Source: Ginglymostoma cirratum (lineage: Eukaryota). From it: DNA of 64,000 nt. Shown piece after piece: positions 40,311 to 53,347 of the stretch. The DNA is taken from assembly GCA_024137785.1 (NCBI GenBank), contig JAHRHZ010000062.1:36441424-36505423 (forward strand), given 5' to 3'. The position numbers and the translations under genes are program-made. How positions within the stretch are numbered: the first letter of the stretch is position 1; every line of letters starts with the position of its first letter. The notes below the pieces were generated by a model. That model searched no databases. It saw only the letters and a list, made by a program, of their open reading frames with translations, and was not told the DNA's origin.

Positions 40311-40639
40311 TAGTAGAGAACTTATTTTCCATTACCGCTGCTCCTATATCCAGCCTTCAGTTTTGCTCTTTTCCACTGCCTAATTGGGAGATCTGAACTC
40401 ATCTGGTTTTGACCCTGTTTTCCAGTTTAAGTCAGTTTCACTTGCCCCAGAAACCTGAAGTTTCAGTCTTACTTTCACTGGAAACCTGAGGGCTCAATTT
40501 CCCTTTCAATTAGTATCTGACACCAAAAATACAAAGTTTGAAGACGCCACATTATTCTTAAGTTCCTACAGGAACTTGGTGGTAAACAGCATCTTGAATA
40601 CAACTGATTGACTTGCTAGATCATTTAAGAGGGTTGTTA

Positions 40640-41110
40640 AGAATTTTGTGTGTCTGGAGTCACGTGTAAGCCAGACAGGCATAAAAATATGTACAGACAG
40701 TTCAGGGCCGTTGCTAATTTTCCTGATGCAGGATGTCATTGGCTGTATGGATATAGCCAGCAAGCTTCTCGTGGACCAACCAGTGGCCTTCATCAACAAA
40801 AGGGGTTTCAACTCACTCAGTGTTCAATTTATCCAGTAAAAGTGGGCTCTCAAATTGTTGCACCAGTTGAGAAGCAGCTACGATGCTTACATGCTGCAAC
40901 AGTCCAAGTTCCTGCAGCTTTTTTAGTCCACTCCACATATTCAGGACAGAAAACTGGTTATTATTATACTGACAAACCAATGACTGGCTCATGCTTTTGA
41001 TAAACAGATACAGAGGAGAGATACAACATCTGCCATAGGATGAGGTGAGCAATCATTGGGGAGGCCATCAATCTACTGAAGATCTTATTCCCTTGCAAGG
41101 TGCACCTGTA
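40640..41110 (+). pseudogene. Decayed PIF/Harbinger (HARBI1-like) transposase
   Basis: Across frames: 'NFP..QDVIGC', 'AFINKRGFNSLSVQ' (cf. NRKGFHSxNVQ), 'SSYDAYMLQQS' (cf. GSxHDAxIL) and 'EERYNICH'. Confidence 0.7.
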
Positions 41111-42089
41111 CTTTGCTGCTGGCTTGAGAAGTGTAAGGACATAATAGAGACACCAGGCATCTCACCCTTCTCTCACGTTGCTATGGCTGCACTGCACTTT
41201 GTTGCTGTGTGGCTGGTAACTTCAGAGGCATGTCATCAGCTTGGTGCTTAGCATGGGCTTGGCCTTTCTGAGCCCACTAGGATTCAGTGGCCGAGGTGCT
41301 TGACAACTTGTGACCTGAATTTTCTAGTCCATTTCCACGTTCTCGCTGGCATCAGGAGCTAAGTTGTTGGAAGTGGCATTCTTGTGACACACCAGGATGG
41401 TCAGTGTTTCAGGCAGGTCTAAAGGCCTTTGCTGCCTGTCCAATTGCAGGAGTGGACCCTGCAAGCCACCCTGTTAAGGGGTTGTCCTCCCAAACCTATA
41501 GTGGTGGCCTTGCTACAAGTGGCAGTTAATAGAATTAGATTGAAAAAGGCTAAAGAGAAGTTGTCTTTATCCTGCTGTATCTCTTAGTTATCTTCCGTGA
41601 CAGCTGCTTAATATGATTGATCCATTTGTGCTCTTTGGCTTCAATTCATATGGACTCTATAGCTATTTTAATATTAATTATAACCATTTCTTTATTTATT
41701 ACCTCCAGATGGTACAGCCCCCCAGTCCATTTTACTTTCCTAATCCTTTGCGATGATGTTATATATTGCAGGATTTGACATCCAGTCTTGTTCTTTATTA
41801 AACCCATTTCATCTGTCCCTCATCTATTACAAATGGTATCTTGCTGCATATCATATCTTCCAGTTTCTTCATTTTGAAATGGATGATACACACATAGTTG
41901 TACAGGCAACGCAATTTATTTTTAAATTTATTCTTTCCACTTTCTTTAAACAACTACTTTATACCTGCCCATGTCAATCTCACTGACCACAACTGATGCA
42001 CAAATCTGCTAATAACATACAAGAAAGGAATACGTATGAATTGCAAATCATCACCAGCTGCTTGCTAATTTGTTCTACTCTGCCATTAG

Positions 42090-42700
42090 TCTTGTGAAAA
42101 TGGTGTGTTGCCTTTGACTCCTCTATATGTGCATCACTCTCCTTTTAAATGAATTCACATCGTATACTTCAATCTTTCCAAAGGGCAAGGAGTTCAATAT
42201 TCTCACCCCTCTCTGTAAAATGCCTTCAGAATTATTTATCAAACGTATTAATGTTTTGCCTTTTATGATGTACCCTCACTCTTGGAAATGGCTTCTCCCG
42301 GACTAGCCTATTCACATCATCCACTTCCATTGAAATGAAATTGTTATGTTTGCACATTAAATGCCAATTGGAAGTTAATTCTCTGCACATATACAGCAAG
42401 ATCCTTCTTCTCTTGTACTCTTTCAGAATTGTACCCCTATTTTCTATGGTCTTTCAATGTTCTTCTGACCAAAGTGCAATGCCTCACACTTGTCTGCATT
42501 GAATCTCATTTGCCAACTATCTGCCCACTCCATCAAATTATCAATGTCCTTTTGGAGTTTCGTACTGTCCTTCTCAAAGCTTACAATTCTTCATATATTA
42601 GTGTCATCTACAAACGTGGAAATTCTCCTGAGCATATTAATTTCCAGATTATTCATACATATCACCAAAGGGTCATAACACTGATCCCTGGGAAACTCCA
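42090..42700 (-). mobile_element. Degenerate CR1 fragments
   Basis: accaaagtgcaatgcctcacacttgtctgcattgaa, gtgtcatctacaaac and actgatccctggg are reverse complements of CR1 RT motifs. Confidence 0.6.
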
Positions 42701-43381
42701 GGACAAGCCTTGCTCCAGCAAGTTGTACCTAGAATTTTACATTGATCACACTTTCTGTACTTTGTAATTTGAAGTATTTTGCCCTCTGGCTGAATACTTG
42801 GTGTAGGAATGTATTTGCTAAATATAAAAGCTCCTACAGTTATACATGTTTACAATTTGTTTGACAAGCCTGTCATATTCAAATTTGTTCGTTTATGAAT
42901 TTTTATGAATAAATTATATTTTGTGAAAAATAAATGCACATTCGCTTCGATGTGACGTTACAAATGTAGATATATTCAGAAAGTGCAACAAATAAAACGG
43001 GGATTTTGTTTTGCAGTGAATTCAATTTGCACCGCTGTCCTATTATACATTGGAAATGAACACTTGTAATTGGATCTGATTCTTCAAAATCAAGTTACGG
43101 AACAAGAGGGCATGAATCTTTTTTAAGGATTAACTTGATAACAAAATGTCATAATTTAATGCTCTTTCTCGGCATTACGAAATAATCTGTGATTTTGATT
43201 TGCATACGCGCCTCCTCTTAACCAGTTCACCGGAATGCGGAGTCTTAAGAACCAGATAGGAATATCAGAGGAAGGTAACTTTGGAAACATGAGCGATTGA
43301 TACACATCGAGAGCAATAGAGTATCTCCCTGCTGGAAATAAACCTGAAGATTGAAACCAACCTGCATTGTAGGCGGCACAC

Positions 43382-43460
43382 ATGGAGTTCAGACCTCAGT
43401 CCAGAATAAAGAGCAACTTTTACTCAACTTTATACTGTTTGGTAATATTAACATCACAAG
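43382..43460 (+). CDS. OTOG: Otogelin coding exon 1 (predicted)
   Basis: cacATGG start, MEFRPQSRIKSNFYSTLYCLVILTSQ, donor AG|gtaggt, phase 1 matching the next exon. No direct homology was recognised. Confidence 0.65.
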
Positions 43461-43686
43461 GTAGGTGAAAATAACATAACGGTGATATTAACGGGCGTAG
43501 TTCCGCCGAAACAAGTGTCGATCCGAATTAAAGTAACACAAACTTTGGCCGATCATTGATATATTTTCAATGTATAGATGTGGTCTTAACATTCGCAATT
43601 CATAGAAACTTCAATTCAGAATTCTTTTCTTTTTTAAAAGACAAATTCCTGTAGAAAGTAATGGATTTGTTTTTAAATCCTCTCAG

Positions 43687-43744
43687 TGTCAATTTTCTGG
43701 AGTGTGAACACCGTGCAAATGGCCATTGCGGAAACTTCGGAACA
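43687..43744 (+). CDS. OTOG: Otogelin coding exon 2 (predicted)
   Basis: cctctcag acceptor, (V)SIFWSVNTVQMAIAETSE(Q), donor gtaagt; phase 1 to 2 links exons 1 and 3. Confidence 0.6.
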
Positions 43745-44081
43745 GTAAGTCCATCGCTAGCATCGAATAAGGCGAAATATCTGGTACATGTCTTGGGCGG
43801 GGGACCTGATTAATCACTCATATATAAAAACACAAGAGAGGAGTCGATGAAATAGAAAAGGTGTGATTATATTTATCCAAACGAGTGAAGCAGATTTTTT
43901 TTTCTCTCTCTCTATAAATGACAATTTCTGTAAGTGATTTCTGTAAGTGCCTGCTGTTCACTGTTTACTGTGAAGTAGCTCGGCTTTTATTCACATTCCT
44001 TTGCAGCAATGCGCAGCACATTACCAGTGAAGGTGCAGTTTACCTGTATAGAACAAACCTGTCCTTGTTCTCTTTCACTAG

Positions 44082-44136
44082 GAAAAGCAACCGGACAATA
44101 CGGCAGAAACGAGATATCATTTCCCAGGGAGAGCAG
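44082..44136 (+). CDS. OTOG: Otogelin coding exon 3
   Basis: Pyrimidine tract plus tag, KSNRTIRQKRDIISQGEQ, donor CAG|gtaggg. RQKR also occurs in the human OTOGL N-terminus (recalled). Confidence 0.72.
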
Positions 44137-46709
44137 GTAGGGATCGCTCCCGCTCTCACTCTCATGTACCAGTTAAGAATTGTCTGAAATGTTGGTTCAG
44201 GTGGAATGCAGACACTGACGGCTGTATTTGGAGGCCGCCAGGGCAACAACCCGGTTTGCAATTTTCTTCAACCGTTAGGTATCCGCGTTCGTTAACATAA
44301 AGGCTTCAAATCTTATTATTCTTTTTTGTTTTAAAAAAGAACGTAAGTGGCAATGTGACAAAGTCCAAATATAACATCGTATCTTAAGATAAAGGTAAAT
44401 TATTGTAGAAGCTCAAACACTAGTGCGCTGGAGCCTATATATACTACGATACTGATTCGCTTCTCACAAGTCTGTAACAAATAAAGACATGTTGAAAGGC
44501 ATTCTAAAGTTTTATTGTAACTTCAAGAAGAGACTTGCTACTTGAAAATCCGACCTGATTAAAGAAAGACTGACAACTGAACTTTCTCGAACTCTACATT
44601 TCCTTCTAACTAAATTACGCTTCGGATGCACCAATAAGGGGGAAAAAAGTTCCTACTGATCAATCAGCAAATTGTTATTTGGGAGTTAAGAATGTATGAT
44701 TAAAGTAACCTTTAGCATGTAACGGGAAGGACAATGTGTCTAACATGAAATATTGAGGGAAAGGATTTCAGGATTTTACATCTGTTTGCCAATCCTTGCG
44801 CCCCACGCTTCTGTGAGATAACGTGCAGTGTCTGTTATCTGAAACGGGCGATTTAATCTTCTTCCAAATGTGCGAGGTATGGTATTTGAGGGTTATCAAC
44901 AATGCTTTCGTGTTCTTTAATTACTTCCAAATGACCACTTTTTGATTGTAACGTCTTTTTCGATGTACATATTTTCCTCAAGTGGTAGCATACTGATCAT
45001 AAAACTTTATGGCTATTTTAGTGACCCTTGGACTTTATGACATGTACGGGATACAAACACATTGCACTTAACAATTTTTCTAGAAACGTGAAAGTTTCCC
45101 TATTGTTAACACCCCCTCCATAAACCACTCCAGCTAATTTTATTTGCAATTATCCATACTTAATAATAATTAAAGCAATATTTCTTATGTGAACTTTAAG
45201 ACTTGTGAATAATAATGTAAATAACATAGCATTTTGTGCATTACTTTTGAAAATGTGCTAATTCACAGCATTTGAGTGTAATCATCAAGTGTTTATTTGG
45301 TGGTGCTCAATAAAAAGCAGGTGAAGTGAGTCTTGGTCGTGTAAAATGTGTTTGTTTTCTTTGTATTTGTACACACAATAACAACATCTTGAAATCACAA
45401 AAGATAAACAAGTGTTAAAAGAAATTAGTATTTGTTAAATTAGTAACTCCAGATACATTACATTTGCCAATTCTAACAGACAAATTATGCTCTCAAAATA
45501 ATGTCTGCCAACTATGCTAATAGAAATGTTAATCCATTATAGAGAAACTTGTTTCTTTTCTTAAAAAATTCTGATTAGTAAGCAGAGCTGTTCAAATGTT
45601 CAAAATTTGCTATTAGAGTTCATTAATAGTAAACATGTCAAATTGTAATATTTATATTACAGCTTTGTGTAATGCAATGTTATGAAGCAGCAAAAGTGTC
45701 AGTTATAAGTTTGGAGAATACAGTATTGCCAGTGTGAAGTCAACTTAATGAATGTTTACATCAGGCAACTGATTGAGCATAAAGGCATTAAATCAGTGAA
45801 GCAGTTTTCCTGTTCAACTTCCAATATTAAATGTAACTGATTACACATTAAGATCTGAATATGCACACTTAGCATCCGTTTCTACGCAGAGATCGGTTCT
45901 TACTGAACAGAGTGTGATGTGCAACTGGCAGCACATCATAAGCCTGCTAGCTGTACCTAGCACATTATTGGTGAGACTGATTTGTCTGATGTGACCCTAT
46001 AAAATTACGAATGAAAATATTTCCCCTAATTTAGGTGCTAAGTTAATTCAATGGAAGCATTTTGGAAATTCTTCACTTTTTAATGTATGCTTGCCACAAT
46101 TGCCCATGTGTTGCAATTGAAAAAAACAATCATGTAAAGATTGTTTCCTCGAGAAGGAAAAAAATTCCAGAAATGGTAGGTACACAAAAAGACAGTAGAC
46201 TATGTGGGGAGGAGATTTTGCTCTGGGTTATTGGACAAGATGCAGAAGAGTTGATCTGTTTAAGCTAAGAAAGACGTAGACTGATATGGCAAATAGGTGC
46301 ACATTTAGTATTTTATGTCTTTACACACAGATGTGCTGGACTGACCCCTTGCACATATTTCTGTATGTTAATATGATCTTAAATATGCAGCCTACAATTT
46401 TGTATTAAGTTTCATTTTGCTGAGTGTTTATTTAGTCTGCTTTTAGAGCCTGAGAAGAGATATAGCTGTAAGACATAAGAATATGCAATTTTTATAATAA
46501 GGCAATGATATTGTTGCATTCCTGAGATGTTATTTTATAAGTGGATATAAACAAGCATAAATAAAAATGAATTGCTGAGACCAGTTACCTGACTGACTGA
46601 TGCCATTGAACCAAAGTAAGAACCTATAGTTGACCTGCATTTTCCTCAGTCTTGTTAGATCTCTCTGTAGACCCTATGGAAAAGTCATTACTTTGTAGTG
46701 CAATGAAGG

Positions 46710-47287
46710 GTGGCCGAGAAAGGTAGATCCACACAGGACGGTGGTGAGGCCTCTTCTGGACTACTAAGTGCAGTTCTGGTTCTCTGCTATAGGAAGGATA
46801 TTATTAAATTGGAGTGGATTCAGAAAAGATTCACCAGGGTGTTGCTGGGAATGGAGGGTTTGAGTTATAAAAATAGGCTGGATAGGCTGGGACATTCTTC
46901 TTTGGCCATAGGAGGTTGAGGGGTGACCATGTAGAGGTTTATAAAATCATGAGGAGCATAGATAAGGTGAACAGCAAGGATTTTATCCCAAGGGTTGGGG
47001 GAGTTCGAAACTAGGGAGCATATTTTTAAGGTAAGAGGAGTAAGATTAAAGAAGGTCATGAGGGGCAACTTTTTTACACAGAGTAGTTCGTGTGTGGAGT
47101 GAACTGCCAGAGGAGGTGCAGTTGCAGCATTTAAATGACATGTGGATAAGTACATGAAAAGTTCAGGTTTGGAGGGATATAGGCCAAACACGGACAAGTG
47201 GAACTAATTTAGTTTGGGAACATGGTCGGCATGGACTAGTTAGACTGAAGGGTCTGTTTTTGTTATGTATGACTCGATGACTCTATG
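46710..47287 (+). mobile_element. CR1 LINE 3' fragment
   Basis: 'YRKDIIKLEWIQKRFTRVL.GMEGLSY'; tail gactcgatgactctatga. Confidence 0.85.
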
Positions 47288-47869
47288 AACTGCAATGGGT
47301 TCAGAGCCCAGACAGCCATGAAAATGAAGTGAAAGGATACATTCTCAATTCTTCCACCTCATAGTAACTGCACAAGTCTTGGCACTCTGAAGCCCATACA
47401 TTGTTCTGTATCTGTCCAGTACCCAGGCAAAGGTGCCAATAATATTTGTCCAGTACACAAGTAGAGGTGCCAGGAAAATTAAGTCCCAAATGTTTTAAGA
47501 AGAAAGGCAGTTAACATTTAAGAAGATTAAGCATGAGTTAGCAAATGTATTCCCAAGTTTCAAAGTGAATGGAGTGCTGAAAAATTATAGTTCAGTTAAA
47601 TTAATATTTTTGATGGGAAAGAATGCAAATTTTTACTTAAGTTGTATCAACAACAAGAAAACCTAGAAAACAAAAATATAGTAAAGGTTAGTCAGCAAAG
47701 ATTTCAGAAGTATAGATAAGTTTTTTTTTACAAATTTGGATTATTTGAAGAAGTAATGGCAAGTGTAAATAAGGGTATCTGATCACTTACAATATATTTG
47801 GATTTTCAAATTGACACATGATAAAGGTCATATCCATGCAGTGTCAGGGACAAGCAGCAGGAGGAATAG

Positions 47870-48367
47870 CTGAAACAAAAGCCAAAATTGTTGGAAAACT
47901 TTAGCAGGTCTGGCAGCATTTGTGGAGAGAAATCAGAATGAGAATAAATGAGAAGTGGAGATAGAGCCCAAGAAAATACAGAAAGAACTGGCTAAAGTTC
48001 ATCCTGAAAGAACGAATAGCTGCTAGTGGGGACTATTAGTGGCTAACAATGGGTAGTAAGGAAAAAAACAGTCCATGTGATAACAAGGACTGTTGTGTAG
48101 GGTTTTGGGTAAGGACATGGGAGAAGGTGCCTCAAGCCCTAAAATTGTTGAACTTGGTATTGAGTCCAGAAGGCTGTAGAGTTCCTGAGTGGAAAATGAA
48201 GTGCTAGTCTTCAGCTTATGCTGAGCTTCACTGGAGCACTGTACCAAGCCTGAGACAGAGATGTTGGGAACAAGGTGGTGCGTTGAAGTGGTGGGCAACC
48301 AGAAGCTCAGGGTCTTTTTTTTTGCAGGCAGAGCATAGGAGTTCTGCGAAGCAGTCACCCAGTCCAC
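47870..48367 (-). mobile_element. Penelope-like element 3' remnant within CR1 debris
   Basis: 'LGDCFAELLCSACKKKDPELLVAHHFNAPPCS' and 'NISVSGLVQCSSEAQHKL' resemble the PLE GIY-YIG C-terminal region; terminal module at 47870-47937. Confidence 0.75.
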
Positions 48368-49153
48368 TATCCAGAAGGATAGCGAGATGGTTACAAAACA
48401 GACAACGTATGATTTGGAGCCTAAAGGCAGTTATTCTGATTGGTGGAAGGTGGGGAGCAGTGTTGGAACTGGAATAACTGCTTTTTACCAAATACTTTAA
48501 TGGTCTTGATTTGGGAATCAAAAAAAGGCAACTTAACAATTTGCAAATGACATCATATTGGTGTGTATAACTGACAGTATAGTTGTGCAACAAAATACAG
48601 GAACATGTTATTAAACATACAGGATGGGGCATGTAAATTGCGAATGACTTTTAATGTAGAGAAATGTGAGGTGGTGCAGAGCAGGCTCATTAAGGAGGCC
48701 CCGACTTCCAGGCTGCTATCAGCACATATGGGGAAAACAGTCAGGCTGGTCACTGTATGTAGCTTTCACCCAGTGATGGTTAAATTCCAGCAGTGGTGGA
48801 TAGTCATTGCCCTAAAAGGGCCTCAATTTATGCACTGTTGGGTGGGCTGCCCAACACCATCCCCACTGCTGGTGTAAAGGTGGTGACAGCAGGAGGAGAT
48901 AGGTAGATTGTAAGCAGGTTGCCTGCTGGATCTAATAAGTCTCCCATTTGCTGTCCCATACTCAAACCTGTTGACTGGGGTATGTAATACACAATAACAG
49001 TGAGTGAGGAATCTAACAAGAATCAAATGTACGATATTAATTTTTTTCTATATAAGTTATTGATCATAGGATGACAGTTTTTTAGATTTAGGAGTGTTTT
49101 AATTTTCAGAAATGAGGTTCAATATTCTTTTGTACTTTTTGCACTTTATTTAG

Positions 49154-49241
49154 ATTTTACAGTCACCTGACACTCCTTCCTTTGCCTTTGGAACCACAAC
49201 CATTCCATGGAGATCAGCACCTTTATTAGAGGCATCACCAA
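49154..49241 (+). CDS. OTOG: Otogelin coding exon 4
   Basis: tttatttag acceptor, ILQSPDTPSFAFGTTTIPWRSAPLLEASP, donor gtaagg; phase 0 to 1 fits both neighbours. Confidence 0.7.
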
Positions 49242-50534
49242 GTAAGGATTTTAAATTTATTTCTTTAAGTTTCATGTTGACATTAGACAAAATAAAATTG
49301 TGTATTGACCTACTAATCTGAACACTGGAGTTTTGACTAATCCCATTCGAAGTAACACTTTTCAAGAAAGAAAACAGGAAATTATAGCCAGTTAGCCAAA
49401 CAGCAATACTGGAACTTACCATCAAAGAAGTTTCAATGATGCTCTTAGAAAATCAAAGTGATTTTATGAAGGAAAAATTCTGATCAGCTTTTATTTATTT
49501 GAGTTTTTTTGAGGTTGTAATGAATGAGTGGTTAGTTGGCACAATAAAGTTTCATGAACTTAGGGATAATATATGAACACTGATAGAGGAATGTTTGTTT
49601 TTATTCATTCATGGGAAGTGCCAATGACTGGCTGAGCCAGCATTTAATGCCTATCTCTAGTTGATCTTGAGAAGATGGTAGTGAGGTGCCTTCTTGTATT
49701 GTTGCAGTCCCTTTGCTGTTGGTAGAGCAACATCCACAGTGCTGTTAGGGAGGGAATTTTTTTGACCCAATGACACTGAAGGAACAGCAGTATATTTCCC
49801 TGTGAAGCTGGTGAATGGCTTGAAGTGGAATGAGCAGGCAATGTTCCCTCTGTTGTGTGGGCCTCTGAGGCCCATGTGCAGCAGTGATTTCTAGACTGGA
49901 AGTCAATGCCACAATTCACATTGCCATGTGTGGAACTTTAGAATGGCTTTGTGCCTGCAGGTACAGACGAAAGTTAAGTGGTATGTTTGTCTTTTATGGT
50001 AAGAGGATTGGAGTATAGGAATAAAGAAGTCTTATGACAAATACACAGGTTTTGGTGAGATCATATTTGGAGTATTATATACAGTTTAATTTTCCACATT
50101 TCTGAAACAGTTAAACTTATCAAGACAATGGTTCACCAAGTTGGCCCTGGGATGACAGAGTTAGAGTCATGGAGTCATAGAGGTCTACAGTATAGAAAAA
50201 GGCCCATTGTGTCCAAGCTTGTCAATAATGCCACCTAATTAATCCTATTTTCTAGCCCATGGCCCAGAGCCTAGTATGTCATGGCATTGCAGGTGCAGAT
50301 CTAATTCCATCTTAAATATTATGAGAACTGATCTACGAAGAGAGTCTGAGCGAATTCTGTATATTCTCCATTGTTTAGAAGTTTGAAACACAATCTAATT
50401 GTACAAAATTTCGAAGGGCCTGATAGGTTAGACAGTGAGAGATTGCTCCTGCTCGGTGGGGAAACTAGCAACTTTAGGGACACAGTCTTTGGATAAAGGG
50501 CCAATCATTGAGGATGGATGTGAGAAGAAGAGAG

Positions 50535-51752
50535 AAACAGGTCCACAGCGGATGCTATTTCCCTAGCCCCACACTCATCCGTGGAACATCTCGATAACAA
50601 GGAAACCTATGTCAGGCTCTTACTCATCGACTATAGCTCTGCCTTCAACACCATAATCCCCACCAGACTAATCGCTAAACTTCACGACTTAGGTCTTGGC
50701 TTCACCGTCTACAACTGGATCCTCAACTTCCTGACCCACAGACCACAATCAGTGAAGATTGACGATTGCACCTCCTCCACAAAAATCCTCAACATTGGTG
50801 TCCCACAAGGATACTTTCTCAGCCCCCTACTCTACTCCCTGTACTCCCATGACTGAGTAGCCAAATTCCGTATGAGTGCCATCTACAAGTTTGTCGATGA
50901 CACCACCATGGTAGGACAGATATCAAACAAAGATGATTCAGAATATAGGAAGAAGATAGAAGGCTTGGTGTCGAGTTAAATTATGATAACAACCTCTCAC
51001 TCAATGTTGGCAAAACTAAAGCCCTGATCATTGAGTTTGGAAAGAAAGGAGGAGGATGTGTCCCCATCTACATTAATGCAGTGGAGGTGGAGAGCATCAT
51101 ATTCCTAGGAGTGACGATAATGGACATCTGTCCTGGATTTCCCACATAGATGCAGCGGTCCACAAGGCAGAACAACGCCTCTTCTTCCTCAGGCTGCTAA
51201 GGAAATTTGGCATGTCCATAAAGACCCTCACCAATTTTCACAAGTGCGCCACAGAAAGCATACTGCCTGGGTGCTTATCAGCCTGGTATGGCAGCTGCTC
51301 TGCCCAGGACTAGAAGAAACTACAGAAACTTGTGTGCACAGCCCAGACCATCGCAAAGCCAACCTCCCACCCATGGACTCCATTTACATTTTTTGTTGCC
51401 ATAGAAAGGCTGCCAACATCATCAAAGACCCGTCCCACCATGGTTATGCTCCTACAACCTCTTCCATCAGGCAGAAGATACAGAAATTTGAACACATGTA
51501 CCAACAGGTTCAAAAACAGCTTCTTCACTGCCGTTATTGGACTGCTGAATGGATCTCTCCAACTTCAAATAATATTGATCTTGCTTTGTTATTTCCTGTG
51601 CAGCCGTAACCTTATATGCCTTCCTCTGTCTAATCATCCTATGATCTGTATGTCCTTGTTTGCTATGTTCGGCCTGTACTGCTCACAAAACAAAGCTTTT
51701 CACTGTACTTAGGTGCATGTGACTACAATAAATCAAATCAAAATCAAATCAA
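50535..51752 (+). mobile_element. 5'-truncated Rex1/Babar LINE inserted in a CR1 remnant
   Basis: '[32 protein letters not shown]', KFVDDTT and 'TNRFKNSFF'; aataaa then an (ATCAA)n tail. Confidence 0.88.
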
Positions 51753-53347
51753 AATAATTCATCCAAAAGGAAGTCTTTGGAAGTCTCTAGAGCTTTGGAT
51801 GCTCCATTGTTGAATTCAAATCAATCTTAACAAAAGGGCCAACCTATCTAGATGTCAAAAAATACTTGACCTGAAAACTAAGGTGAGTACCTGTTAAATT
51901 TGGCTCCCTGCTTGCTTCAAAGGAGCTCCGTGTTGGACATCAGGGACCAGTATCTCAGGGTATGTTCATGGGCACTGGCTGTGTGCAGTCCATGTCCATG
52001 GACTTTGGCATCTAACATGTGCCAGCCTCTAACAGCCTAAAGGGCACATATCCAGTTAACTTACAGGATGCTTTTAAACTTCAGTGCTGCACCTCAGGCT
52101 ATACTGGTAACTATCATTGTAATGCTGTAGCAAGGACACTGTCTGCTCAGGGACACACACCAAGCCCATGGACTGGACCAGGTTGTGTCTCTGGGCTCTT
52201 TGCTCACTGTTACAGTGTTCACTCACTCTGGGCCTACCTGAAGGCACACTGCATCCCCATCTTGCATTGCCTTAATGTCCCCTCAGCCAGGGATAAAAGG
52301 TTCATATTGCCTATGCTTTGCCTTGCCATTTAGTGCAGACTTGAAAGAAGTAAGCTTGCTGCGGTTGTCACAAGTCCTCAGTCAAAACCACGGGGATAGC
52401 CTTTGCTTGGGAGTCCTGACAGAGAAAGTCAAGAGCAGTCTCTAATACCATCCAGGCGCTTTGAAACGATCAGCCACACGCGGCAGTCGGGGTCAGGACA
52501 CTTTACACATAAGGGTGAGGAGTCAAAAGTCAGGCAGCTGACTACCCATTGTGACTCTTTCTGCCCTAAGAGGTGTTCTTTTCCATCTGAAATGAAATAA
52601 AAAGTCAGGTATTCAGGGAGATGAAAGCACATGGCACAGCTATTGCTTTTGGTGCAGGTGGAAGGGTATCTCCAGCATGTGAGCAGGCAGTACACAGGGC
52701 TTGCAGGGTTAGTGATATTGGGGGCTAGTGGTATTCCTCCAAAAACATGATACAACTGGGACTTAGCCAAAAAGTGAGTTTCAACCCAATTAGTCCAAAA
52801 CGAGCAGTGTGAAATGGATTCGTAAAAAATCAGCAAACAAGTTTTCACTGTGCCCTAATTTCTTTCCATTCATTTGTTCTCTTGTTAGAGACATCCAGAG
52901 TAAAACAAAATTATAGCAACAGGAGCTCTGGTCTATAAAAACAAGCTGCAATATTTAAAAAATGTTTGTTTGAAATTTACAGAATTTTGTTTCGATATAG
53001 GTGGTTAGCTGCAAGTACAGTTCAGAACACATCCAAAAAAAATAAACTGAGGACGTAAATTGTAGGTGAAGATTAAATAGTTTCAGACTCAATGTTGCCA
53101 ATTGTGTTACTTGTTTTGAACAAGTTTTTTTTTTAATAAGAGTCAATAACAATCTGTCAGACCATTCTCAAAATCTGGGAATCGAAATATGCTGGACTCT
53201 GAGCTTTGATGATTTTAATTTTAACGTTGCATATGATGGTCTAGCATATATATTTGACATATTAGGACAATTGAAACTCATGGGATTAAAGGATCAGTTG
53301 CAGCATAGATTCAAAAGCCATGAATTAAGTAATGGAAAGCAGAGTGT

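Noticed and set aside
43924-43949. Tandem atttctgtaagtg as splice donors of a micro first exon
   Set aside because: From ATG 43918 they give phases 0 and 1, but exon 3 needs phase 2.
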